This document shows positions 36,201 through 48,075 of a stretch of 64,000 nt of DNA, one piece after another (position 1 is the first letter of the stretch; every line of letters begins with the position of its first letter). The DNA comes from Microbotryum violaceum. Its lineage: Eukaryota. The notes under the pieces are model-generated. The model made no database searches. It saw only the letters and a list, made by a program, of their open reading frames with translations, and was not told the DNA's origin. The position numbers were made by a program, and so were the translations under genes. The DNA lies in contig CDLV01000006.1 of assembly GCA_001244265.2 (NCBI GenBank), forward strand, positions 2,170,001-2,234,000. The letters run 5' to 3'.

Positions 36201-38255
36201 TCACGAACCCTCTCAACGCCCCGCTCGCAGTCGGTGGCTTCCAGATCAGCTCCGACTCCTCATCAATCGAGATGGAAGCACCTCAAGAGATCGAACTCAG
36301 TCCGCGCGAGACGAAGCGAATCTACGTGCCGATGCGGGCTCATCAGCTTGGACCAATCACCTTCACGCACATCTCGTATCGCTTCATCGACCTTCTTCCC
36401 TGCGTCGAGGAATTGCAAGGTCGAAGGAAACGTCTCAATGCGACTCCCGAACAGCAGAAGGGGATCGTGTATACTGACGATCGATCGATGCTCACCGTCG
36501 AGATCCGAGCCCCGGTTCCTTCCTTGTCCATCGACCTCGAATTCCTTCCGCAAACCATGTACGCTGGTGAACTCAAAGCGACTTCGATTCGAGTCACCAA
36601 CATTGGTCACGTCGCTCTGGTCGGCTTGCAGACGCTGTGCGATGCCCCTTCGTTCGCCAGGTTCGTAACCTTGCTTGAGGCCGACAACGTCTATGCTTCG
36701 GTCGAGCAAGCGAAGGAAGCACCGATTACGACGGAGATTGAGAATCGACTGCGGCCCAACGCCACTGTGAGCATTGCGCTCGGCGAGGGGCAAAAACTGG
36801 GTCCGGGCGAGTCGATCGATGTGCCGCTCGTGCTTAGAGGCGATGCTTCTGGCGTGCGAGTCCTGAAATGGGTGTTTGCGTTCAAGGGCGAGGTGAGCCC
36901 AGCAACCTCGATAGATACGGTGCGTATACTCACGAGGCGCTCAGTTGCTCACAGGACTCCTCTCAAGTCCTTACTTCACGAGCAACGCATCGACTCGAGG
37001 TCCTACCTTCGATCGAGATCCGACCTTTGGTACAACCGAGCTCGTCGCCCTCAGTCCCGTTCTTGCTTTCGTTCGAAGTGCACAACCAGCACATTCCTGG
37101 CGATCTCGTCATCTCGCAGATCGCTTCGCTCAGTCCGAGATGGGCGGTGTCGATGTTGCCCAACGTTGCGTTCGACAATCAGTTTGGTCCCGTCGGTTGG
37201 CAGCAATCGATGAGCGTCGTGCTTGCGGTTCATCCTGTCAAAATCGATCCAAAGGCAGAGGCAAAGGAGAACGGTCACGCCTTCGCGGTCAAGCAACTCA
37301 ACCTCCTATTGCAGGGTCGTGATGTCGACAAGGCCTCCCCCGGTGATGTGACGCTGCATCACGCCTCGGTCTTCTCATCCTCTTTGTCATCGTCCACGAT
37401 CGACACGACATCCTCTTCACTCCTCCCCTCGCTCCTTCGTACGCACACCGTCCTGCGACATGATTCGCTTTCTACTCAGTTCCGCACCATCGATCGAGCA
37501 CTACATCCCCACCTCTTCCCACTCTTCAACCCGCGATCACTCGACCTCGTCATATTTTGGACTTCCCCTTCGTTGGACCTTCAGGGGCATCACCACCTCG
37601 CCGATATCCCCTTTGGCGCCGGATCCAACGTCCTCAAATCGGTATTGGAAACGGCCGAGCTCAAGGCGGGTGGATTGTACGCTGAGAGTCAGAGGGAGAG
37701 GGCGGCATTGTTGGGCGCATTGAGGAGGAGCGAGATGGGCGTGCAGGAGAATCCGGTGTCGGTGATGCTTCAAGTCGATGAGAACCTCGAGCATGACTTT
37801 GGGAAAGGGTGAGCCCACGGACGCTGAGGTCTTGCGCTGTGACCGAACGTCTGACATGCTAATGTTTGGTTTCGGGATACAGTCCTTGCACTGTACCCGT
37901 AACGTACCAGATTCGGAACCTCTCCCCCTCCCAAGCCTTCGATTACACCCTCATCTTGGCCCCTTCTGAAACGCGCTCGACGACGTCGCTCGTCTATTCC
38001 GGATCCCTCACGCATCGAGGCTTGGTCCCACCCTTGGGTCTAGGCACAGTTGCAACGCAACTCTGGATCATGCGCCAAGGCATCTTCGACGTCGGTGGAT
38101 GGACCATCTTCGTCAAGAGTGCCTCCGGGGACGAAAGGACGCTAGTGGGTCCGAGGAGGGATTTGAGGGTTCGGGATGAGCAGAATCATCGACCGCCTCC
38201 TGTGACGAGAAGATCAACGATCACGAGGATAGCACCGGTTCAAGTGGGGGCATAG
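33300..38255 (+). CDS. TRS85: TRAPP III subunit Trs85/TRAPPC8 (multi-exon)
   Basis: LTPWY..R, LRYIVLVHD, FLREMVVQSIVPWIER, RLFSAGRKYFG, Q.RRLAD.LF.L.DFKLA, AVLLEQAA and RKFGFHMIMAAKRY. Confidence 0.85.
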
Positions 38256-38553
38256 GTAGTGTTGGTCTCGGAGGGTGTGTAGGTCCCCGATATGTTGTCA
38301 TGTTAGCCCGACGATCCTTCCAAGTGATGTCCGTTCCTCGGACGTCCGTGCGTTATGAGCGGCCTCGAAGCTCGAGAAATTGTCCGAAACTTGGCCAATG
38401 CGGCGTCTGTTCTTGTTCTCGCTCCTTCCTCCCTGCTCCTTCTCCAACCTCGGCTTGCCCACCATTCTCGTCCCTTTGCTGACTCGTCGCATCGCACACA
38501 TCCCTCGATCGACCCACCTCCTACCCTCCGCCTTGCACAGCGCTCGCCTGATC

Positions 38554-39163
38554 ATGTCCGACGCCACCGTCAAGAACGTCGCGTGGGCCGAGAAGCCTAG
38601 CAAGCCTCTGGACCAATACAACAACTACCTGTGCATCTTGCCCGATTTTGTCGAGGGGTCCAAGAGGCCAGTCCTTGGCTGACAGGATGTGGGCTGTATC
38701 TGGGGGCTGACATGAACTCTGGACCGAACGCGCGGTCTGGCGCAGGCTGAGCGTGCGCGCTTCGCATCTCGAACACGCTGCAGAGGGACACAAGAATGGA
38801 TGGATCAGCAAGTCCACATCGGACCTCCTGTCCCAATCGATCAACGTGCGAAGCTAGGCTAACGCAGAACGCTTCTCGCGCTCAGAGGAAGGCGGAGCGA
38901 CCTTCGAGGGTGCCGTCGGATCCAAGATGACCGGTTCGTTCTTGTTGTTGAGGGAGGAATCCAAGGAGAAGGCACTGGAGAGGCTCAGCAAGGATATCTA
39001 CGCTACCGCTGGAGCTTGGGATATGAGCAAGGTATGTTTCCAACCTTCCGAGGGAGCGAGTCGTCCGAGCGCGGGCATGTGGGGCCGCGCATTGGCTGAA
39101 TGACCTGGTTCGGCCATTGCTTCACAGGCGACGATCACCGCGGTTGCTGTGGCCAAGCACTAG
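38554..39163 (+). CDS. YCII-related domain protein (4 exons; possible N-terminal extension from ATG 38398)
   Basis: YLCILPD...RLSVRASHL...GGA...KMTGSFLLL..ESKEKALERLSKDIY...WD. Confidence 0.8.
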
Positions 39164-39342
39164 AGAGTCGTGTCGGGGCGACTGCAACGTCGTTTGACAC
39201 TGTTTGACAGCTTGCTCAATGCTCCAGCCTCCTGGTCTCTGCCCACTCATGTCCAGTGGTCGTAAAATCTGCTCCGAACTTTATAAGACGGCTAAATGCT
39301 TTGCAAGTGTTTGTACAACAACGTCCTCGAACTCCAAAGCCC

Positions 39343-42300
39343 CTAAGTCAACAATTGAAACACCTCGTCAATCTGAATCGCCTCCTTTTCCGTCGCCATC
39401 CTGTCCCACAACACAGGACAATCCGTCGAATCGCATTCGATCTCCTCAGTCGTCACCGCCGAAGAACAACTGGCGCAGATCTTGCGCAAGGCCATTCGTT
39501 TGGAGTGAATTGTGCGCATGCGCGTGTGTACTTGGTAGACGACTTCACCGGGTTTGGTCAGGCAGGTGGGGCACAAGCGTTCTACTGAAGATCATCGGGT
39601 TTTAGCAAGCTGGTCACCAGCGGGGACATCGTATTCTCGAGACCGAAAGCTCACCCTCTTCGACTCCACCCGATGCCCCACAAGCTCGACATCGATCACT
39701 CTTGAGAAACTCCTCGAGTAGAGCCTTACGAGCACCAGGTTGGGTCGATCGAGCATGCACGACCGTCAAGGAGCGTGGCATCTGCTTGAACCATTGTGTG
39801 ATGTCCACGCCGATGAGGTTGAAGATGCGCGCTAGGGGAGGGATGATCGCGCGCTCGATGTAGTGTTTGGCATCAAGACGAAGGCGGCTGCAGTCGAGAG
39901 TGATGTAAAAATTAGTTGGGACGATCCAGTGAGAGCGCAGCAGCTTGGCTCGACCACTCACGGATCACTGAGAAACTCTTCGGGAGAGGCGGCGTGATCA
40001 ATTTGCTTCTCTCCAGGCACCGATTGGAAGAGGATGTAAGGCACTCGTTCACCGTACTCAGGCTCAGCTCGTGGATCCCTCTTTATAGCTCGTTGGGCGA
40101 CTATCGCCCCGGGAGGAGGTACACGTCCCGCACTAATCTCCAAGAGTCTGGGTCAGTAGGATACAACGTCGGAGAGAGGAACGGTACGTCAGACTCACGC
40201 ATAGTTCCCCAACTTGACCGCTTTGGCGTAAACGAAGTCCTGGGGCGAAACATCTCCAAGAAGCAACTTCTCCCACTGTCGTTGAAGGTAAGCTTTGATG
40301 ACCGACAAGTCTTGGGAACGAAAGAGTATCCTGGTAAGAAACCGAAGTGGCGGACATCAGTTTTTCGGGCCGCACAGTTCAAGCTCGATCGCGCGGCTAC
40401 TCACTTGATGCAGGCTTCTTGCATTTTTTGAGTCGCGGCGATACCATCCCGTCGCACCGTCTCGATACCCTTGGCGTCAAAGTCGGGTTCGAGCTGCGCA
40501 GGATACTCGTATTTGAAGCCTACGTAACGTTTCTTGGCGAGCAGTACACACGGCAGGTAGACCTGGGTGTCGTGCATGAGGGATCAGTGTCTCGAATTGA
40601 GCCCCATCAAATCATAGTAGCCCACACCTTCTCGAACTTGAGCTTGATCGGTCTAGGATTCATCGAGGTGATCGTATCCGCCATCTCATGGCCGATTCTG
40701 AAGGCATCGTCTTTACTTTTGCCAGGTAAGTAAATAAAGAGCGAGTCGGTGTCGCCGTACACGACTTCGGCTCCCCAGTCCACCCGGGACTTGACGGTGA
40801 CGATCGCTTTCTCCAACGTTTCTCGACCGGTTTGGACGATCGCATCCGCGATCTCCACGCAGGGCATCCGGCCGGAGAATGTCGCGCTCGTGTATCCGTA
40901 GGTGACGTTGGCGAGGAACTTGAGTGCCAACTGCCGAGCGTTCAGGAGTTTCGTCAAGGCCTGAGTCGGAATGGGCGAGGCTGGTCAACATTTGGTTGAT
41001 CGATCGAGATGGGGGACACTCACCCTGTCGTCCTGCATGCGCTTCATACTCGACTTGACCATCACACGCGTATCCAGGAGCTCGCTCAGCATTTTCGCGA
41101 GGAGTGACCGTCGCACCTCGCGCTTGACAAACATCATTCCGTTTGGCGAGACTGGGTTGACAAGATACAGTAAGCCGCCTACTTCAATGTAGATATTCAA
41201 TGAGCCACTCACTCGTGATGTGCTCTTTCATCAGCTCCAACAAACCGGGGGGAGGGTCAATCGTAGTCGTCCCGAACTTGTTCGCCGACTTGAACCGCTC
41301 AATCCGCCCCAGACAAGTTCTATGAAACGAGGCAGCGTCGAATACGTTCAGTGCCTGGGACTCGAGCTGGCATCTTGTTGCTCACGAATAGCAATAGTTT
41401 TTCGCGATCATCACCGACGGACTCACGAGTAGCAATAGTTGTACGCGATCATTACCGACGGATAAAGCGATTGGAAGTCGAGCACAACCAGGGGACCTTT
41501 GTAGAATGCCGACTGAGGCTCCATGATCAAAGGACCGCATTCCGCAGCGTTTTGATGCCCAACCTGGCATCGTCCTCGCAAGACTTAGAGTGAGCCTAAT
41601 CTTGATTCAATACAAATCGCTCCGCAGAAGCACGCACCTGGACTCGATTTGGTGAGAGCAGCACAAATGACTCGGGCTTGGCCAGCTTGAACATGACGGC
41701 TTCGACCTTGAACTGACTCCCCCTCGTTCGGACGGAGCGGAAGTCGACGCCGAAGACTCGGGCAGACTCACTGAGGAAGAGAGGATAGGCAGTCAGCGGC
41801 TTGTGGAATGCAATCACGGTACTTCAGAATACTAACCAATTCTGCTCAATGATTTCCGCGGCTTCGAGCATCTCAATGTCCATCTCGACTCGGTTGCGCC
41901 AATACTCGAGCACTTTGGCAATGTATCGGGGGTTGCCGCTCGTGTACCACTTGGTTAAAGTCTTGTGAGAAAAGTGTGGAGTTCTGGTAGTGCATGTAGA
42001 GATGCTCAGTGTATGCGCAGGCGGTGTCAAGCCGGCTGATCGATCGGACACGCACCTTTGTTTCAAAATCTGAAAAACGACATGTTCAAACGCGGCATGC
42101 TGCATCCGATTATCCGAGGACAAGATGCGCCAGATGGGAAGCACATGCCGCCCAGTGAACTTGAGCGCCGAACTTTGAGTGAAGCCCCATCGATCGGATT
42201 GCGCATTTCCATGTCGACCGGTGCTTTGTTTCTCCATTCGACCGAGCTCGGGGACCAGATTCCAATCTACAGCTCAATACATATCCGTCAGCTAGATTAA

Positions 42301-45300
42301 TCAGACAAAGAGCTTCTACACTTACCATGGACCTCCTTCGCTCGCTCGAGCAAATAGCCCCAACTCGAATGGTGTACTTCGTACCCAGCCAAAGCCTCCG
42401 GATCCCAGTCGTTCACAATCAAGTCCAAAAACGTTGCGATCATCGACAACTCGTCATCGACCACTTCCAAGCCGTAGTCCGTAGGACCGACAGTTTTTCG
42501 TAGGTCCGAATCAGCCGCATCCCACATGGCTATACATCCGACGTGCGTATCGGGAAGACGGCCGTTCAGCTCGACGTCGTCGTTCTCGGACTGCAGGCAG
42601 TAGAAGATGGCCTGGATCGGGTCGAGCAGTGGATTTGGCAGAAGTCCTTCGCGAGTATTGACTTTTGAAAGCAAGAAGAGAGAGTTGATGAGCACTCTTG
42701 CTCGGGATCTTGTGTTATCTGCTTTCAAGCTCACCATGCAACTCCATCGCCAGAACCGCCATATGCTGCTTCTCGCGTTGCGCAGGTGCCCCATTGACGG
42801 GGGTGAACTTGAAGCCATCCTGATGCTGAGTAGGGCCCTCTATCCCCCTCGTGCGCGGCTTGACGTTGCTTTTGGCCTCTTGAATCAGGTCCTCCTTCTT
42901 TGCCCGAACTTTCACCTCTGCTCGGGTCGGTGGTCGCTTGACATATTCCCAGAGACCATGCTGCTCTCTTCCCTTATCACCACTTCGTTTCGACATTCTC
43001 GGATAATCGTCCGTACCTCGGGTCGTAGTCTCGGCGTCTCTCACTCTTCGATCCAGATGATTGAACGCCGGGGTGTTACGCATCGACTGATCACGAAGCA
43101 CGAACCTACGACCTCCATACTCGTTCGCGACGCGGGGAACGTCGGCAGGGTTTGAGTAGTACGGGTTCGTATAGTCCACTCGGGGCTGATTGTTCATCTC
43201 TAACGTCTCGAGAACCTGCTGGGCCGACGGAGCCGGTTCACGATAGATCCACGAGCGGGCCGACACAGGGTGGTCGGTGTGAATTACGCGTCCTGAAGAG
43301 GTCGAAGATGTGTTCGAGTTCTGCAGCGGAAGGAGAAGAGATGGACTATGTATGGCAGACCTTGAGCCCGAGCTGTGCGTTGCAGAAGAGATCGGTTCGA
43401 GCTCGATAGATAGCTCGGAAGTGTAAGGCGGATTAGAAGCGGAAGCCAAGAACGATGACTGCGATTCCGACTCGGGGACATCGAATCGCAGCGTCATCCG
43501 TTTCGTAGTTGGTGGCGCATCGAGCGAAGAGACGGAAGCGCTGCGACCACTCGACCCCCTCGACCGTATCGTCCCCCTGCTGCCATGTGAAGAAATCGGG
43601 ACCTCCTCGTCCACCTCGATAAACGACCGCATAGCAACAGGCACCATCGAGGGCTGCACGGCCTCGACCTGGGTCGGCGTCGGGACGTATTCTTCAAGGA
43701 TCTCGGAAGCGTGTTCCTCCAGATCCCCGTCCATGTCCGAGGGATCATCACCGCTGGCTTGTTGAACAGGCGGGATTAAAAGATCGTCATCGCTCATGGA
43801 TGTATCGTGTTCCCGAAAAGTCAAAAAGGGCTCATCCTCGTCGTCCTCGTCGTCCATATCGGACCCCAGCGCCGAGTTTGAAGCTGATGAGGCGCCAGAC
43901 GTCGCCCGTCGGACCTTGACAGCCTTGGTGGGCGAGCGAAACAAGTTCTGCTTCGTCGGAGATCGAGAAGTAGACCTCGTCGAGAACGGCACCAAAGGAG
44001 TTCGGGCAGGCGTCGGCATGGGCTTGAAAGTCTGCTCGAACGCGCTCGTCTCATCGAGGCTCTCCGGGGTCATCGAGTCCAAAGCGATAGGAACTTTGTA
44101 TGTTTGTCTTTGCGTACGATTGCCATCGTCATGGAAGTCTGACGTAACCGAATCGGCGGGGGAACCGACGTCAGAATCGAGATCGCCGTTGTTGACGTCG
44201 GCTCGGGACGTTTGCGCGGGCGGTGGAGCTTGTGGTGACGATTCAGGTCCCATCAGATCGCTCTCAGTCCCTCCATCAAACAGATCGTTGACGTCGACTC
44301 CGGCTTCCCCATTTTCGTTGTCCTCGCCATCTTCTTTCTCCCGCTCCTCCTCAATCGCTTCATCACCCGACCCATCCTTCTGTCTCGCCCGTCGCTTAAG
44401 ATCACCAAAGTACTGCGTATTGAACACCTCCGCGCGCTCGCTATACTCGTCCACAGCCTGATCGTAGATCATCTCGGCCACTTCGTCTTCGTCAACGATG
44501 CGTTCGATCTGCGCCTGAGTCGAACCCGCTCGAAAGACCTTCTCGTCAAAGTCCTCACTGGGAGGTCGACTCGGGGACCTGGTCCTCGAATTGTTCTTGT
44601 TCGCAAAATCGTACCTTGACGCGATGAGTGCACCATATTCGTAGTTGGATCGTCGATCTTGCTCCAGTCGAGTCAGAAACACGGCATCGACTTGCGCAAA
44701 GGTGGTCTTGAGCCTCTCCATGAACCCTCGTTGGACTTTCTCTGCGACCTGCTGCTCGTCCACGAACGTCTTCCATTCAGGTTCCCGCTGCGCGAATCCG
44801 GGTCGAGCTCGATAGGCCTTGATATCTTCTTGTAGTAAAACATCGACCTTGGCTCGCAACCTCGGTTCATCGGCCCAGATTGGATCCGTCGGGCCCCTCT
44901 TGTCCCATTGACGGGGCGTCGAGTCCTTGACCTCTCCCGGGCCGACTTCGCCTACAGCTTCCCTCCTTCTCCTCTCATCTGTCCAAAGTTCTCGAAGAGA
45001 CAAGACCAATTTGTCTTGCTCCCCTCCCTCGGAGCCATTCAGTTCCTCCTTCTGGAAGAACTCGACAAAGTCTTGTTGGATCTCACGAGACTTGATCTTG
45101 TGGCGGTTGTGGATGCCGTAAATGGGGACATCTATCTCGATCGGGCAGGTCGAGACCGGCGCCGGTGAGTCATCGGCGTAGCGTGGATAGATGAGCGAGA
45201 GTGGGACGGAGGTCGAGTTGTACACGCGAGTATGGTAGGGACCATCGATCGAAGGAGGGTCGAGATCGTCCGAGGGGGACCATTCGTGTTCTGTAAAGTA

Positions 45301-46157
45301 GGCTTTTGAGATCAGCTTCGTCGAAGAAGACCACAGAGGAAGGAATGACCAGCTCACGGGGCAGTTTTCGAAAACGGCACTCGTCCACCTCGACCCATCC
45401 ACAGCCGTACAAATCGCAATCGAGCATGAACTGCAGCAAGAATGGTGCGTGGTCCTCGAAGACGTCGAACTTGGTCTTCATGATGACGCCGCTGCGCAAG
45501 GTCTCGGACAGGCGGATCTTGAACGTGGGTCTGGTGATGTAAATTTTGAGGAACGCTTTGTGACCGACGTGGTAGCCGTAAAAGGGGATGCCTTTGCAGG
45601 GAACGATGAAGGCGACGGCTGGGGTCGCAGGCTCGGACTGCGCACCCCCACGTTGGCCTGGTCTAGACTGGTGACGACCGGCTTTGGCGTTGGGGTTGGA
45701 CCGGTTCCCCCTCTGTGGATTTCGGGTCATGTAGTCCATAGCGAGGTTCAGAGCTCTTGCGAGTCTCTTGATGTAGGCGTTGACTATGCAAAGAAGGTGA
45801 CCATCAGCAACCGGAGCGGCGGCCGGAGCGAGGACGGTGAACCCGAGACTGACCAGCGTCGGGCTCGAGACTAGCGCCAAGATACTTGATGTAGACGTAA
45901 GGGAATGCTCCATGAATGTGGGCCATGACTCGCTTGCCTCGATCGGTGGCGCCAAATATGCGGATCACAGGCACGGTCGACATGGGTGGAACCGGGCCGC
46001 CGGGGTGGGGATCGACGACAAAGGGCGACTGGTCATTGGTGTAGATGGTCTTGTCGGACGACATGACGGTGTCGATGTCGGACAGTTTGAACCTGATGAT
46101 GGTCGACGGCGATGGGGTGGTCGGGGCTGTTGCTGTAGCATGGTGAGCAGCAGCCAT
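39343..46157 (-). CDS. REV3: DNA polymerase zeta catalytic subunit (multi-exon)
   Basis: VPVIRIFGAT..G..AHIHGAFPY, KGIPFYGYH, PFLLQFMLD..LYGCG, RGSQFKVE, DFQSLYPS, RQLALKFLANVTYGYTSATFSGRMPC, YGDTDS, GIETVRRD, DPRAEPEYGERVPY and a C-terminal Cys cluster. Confidence 0.96.
41381..41462. repeat. Imperfect 41-bp tandem duplication of a REV3 exon end plus its splice donor
   Basis: CTCACGAATAGCAATAGTTTTTCGCGATCATCACCGACGGA (41381-41421) versus CTCACGAGTAGCAATAGTTGTACGCGATCATTACCGACGGA (41422-41462). Confidence 0.9.
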
Positions 46158-46635
46158 GCTCTCGACCTGTTGCACGTGACACGGTCGACGGGGGTGGGTC
46201 TTGCAGCCTCTCGAGTCTCCCTCCCTCCGAGCGCGAGCAGGCGAGCGGGCGAGCGGGCGAGTCTGGGAGGCAGCAAGAGCCCGTGAGGCACTCCCCAGGC
46301 GTGATGGGGCAAACGCGTGTTCCGATCGAGCGGGGCCGGGGAGGAAGCAGCGCCAAACATGCCGCTGAGGGGGGATGCCAAATCCGACAGCGGCATGACG
46401 TAGCAAGACATCGCACGGCCGACCGAGGACAAGATCAGCCCCGCACATCGTATGCGATGTTGTGAGAGCTTAGGCTTGTACAGCGCTCGGCTGCAAATTG
46501 GTTTATTTGTTAAAACTATCCTTGCAATTAACCCAATTTTCATTTGTTTGTATCTATATACTTCCTTTATTTATTTGATTAGTGCATAAAGAAGAAGAAG
46601 AAGAAGAAATACTAAGACAAATGGGGCAATCCTTT

Positions 46636-46756
46636 ACCCACACTCATAAGCAGAGATTTTTTCACTGTCAGGTCGATGTACAGCTAATAAAACATTGAGT
46701 GCCAGTAGGATTCCTACTAACACAGGTACGAAAAAGAATAGAATAATCATTGTCAT
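46636..46756 (-). pseudogene. nad3: Mitochondrial NADH dehydrogenase subunit 3, exon 1 (NUMT)
   Basis: [40 protein letters not shown], with the ND3 signature EK.SAYECG. Homology stops after GGG-T. Confidence 0.92.
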
Positions 46757-46885
46757 TAGTATCCGTAAATTGACATAGCCATTAGTTGTGTGCTATTTAA
46801 GATTAATGAAGGTTGTAGTACAAATAGTACAATGAATAATGTTAGTACAGCGATTACATAAGCATGAGAACTAGTAATAACTTGA
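46756..46885 (-). pseudogene. nad2: Mitochondrial NADH dehydrogenase subunit 2, C-terminal fragment (NUMT)
   Basis: [42 protein letters not shown]. The stop overlaps the nad3 ATG by 1 nt, the usual fungal nad2-nad3 arrangement. Confidence 0.8.
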
Positions 46886-48075
46886 CCTCTTTTGCGTTGC
46901 ACGTGTAGTCTCTGAGGTTCCTACTACACTAGATACATGTCGCATCTGTGATTGGTAATTTTGAAAGACCCATTAAAACAGCTTGTAGATAGTTAGCGGG
47001 TGAAGGTAATTGACTATTATTTTTATAGCTAATTACTTCGCAGCCTAATAAGCTTAAATAAGATAAAGCTCAAGTTTAACAGTAAAGATGGTGTAAATAA
47101 AGCTTGTTGCAATTCATTCGATTTATTTTCCACACTCGTTCTACTTTTTTTTTCTAATTTTTACTTTTATTTTCTCGCTTTTGTCTGGGACAAAAAGGAG
47201 AGAAAATAAAAAGCTGCTAAAAAGTAAAGAGAAAACTAGAAAACTAAAACAAGAACTAGTGTGAGAGCTCGGTTCCTCTCGCAGCGCTTAACTTTTTATT
47301 TTTTTATTTTTTATTTTTATTTCGAAATAAGCGCCTTTTCTAAAAAGACAAAAATAAAACAGAAAAAAACTAAAAGGGATGGAAAGAAAGGAACAGTTGG
47401 GCGATAGAAGGAAACCGAAACCCAAGGTGTGAGCAGACCTTTGTCTTGCCGAGCTCGCAGTTCTCCGGCGCGAAATGATGCGCATCTAGTGCTGAATACT
47501 CAGGGGTACATCGAGGAGAAGAGGACAAGCACCCGGTCTCGCGAGCAGGCCAAATCGCACCCCGTACAGTACAACATACAAATTGCAATCAAATCGCAAC
47601 AAGATAGTAATCAAGACTAGCCGAAACGGTGACCAAGAATGTCAGGACTACCGGCCCTCTCCCTGTCTCTCCCGACACGTACCCTTGCGAGGTACGATCG
47701 GGGTATCGCCCTTTCGACAGGGCGAACTCAGACAAGAAGCGTATGGGTAACTAAGATGTCCTGGTACGCGCCATCGGCAAGATAGCAATTGGTTTGGTCA
47801 GAGCTTGACGCACAGCACTTTGGGTGGCCTTGAGAAAAAAAAACCCGGAGGCGGCTGGCAACACGGATGTAGCTCTAGGAGGGGGCCAACAGTACAGAGG
47901 AAGAGACACCGTCAGTATATCACATCGAGGTGCGTGTAGTCTATCCCAGCTGGGGCGCAGACGAGCCCGCAACTCACAAGACGTTTTGCCGCACATGGCG
48001 GAAGAAGCGAGAGCCGCGAGCTGCGAAATCGCGCAAGCTTCGCAATCGGCGCTGGCCCACGGCTCCACTCGGCTC

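Larger units (their letters stand above)
46480..47420 (-). other. NUMT 1: AT-rich mitochondrial insertion (nad2 3' end, nad3 exon 1, 5' part of a group I intron, hairpin repeats); ends approximate
   Basis: Abrupt AT-rich block in a GC-rich chromosome, containing nad2 and nad3 coding fragments with a TAATG overlap. Confidence 0.9.

Noticed and set aside
45965..46543. 192-aa ORF starting in the NUMT (MKIGLIARIV...), considered as an intron homing endonuclease or a new chimeric gene
   Set aside because: It has no LAGLIDADG or GIY-YIG motif. Its start overlaps the intron P/Q elements and the rest is an alternative frame over the REV3 5' region.
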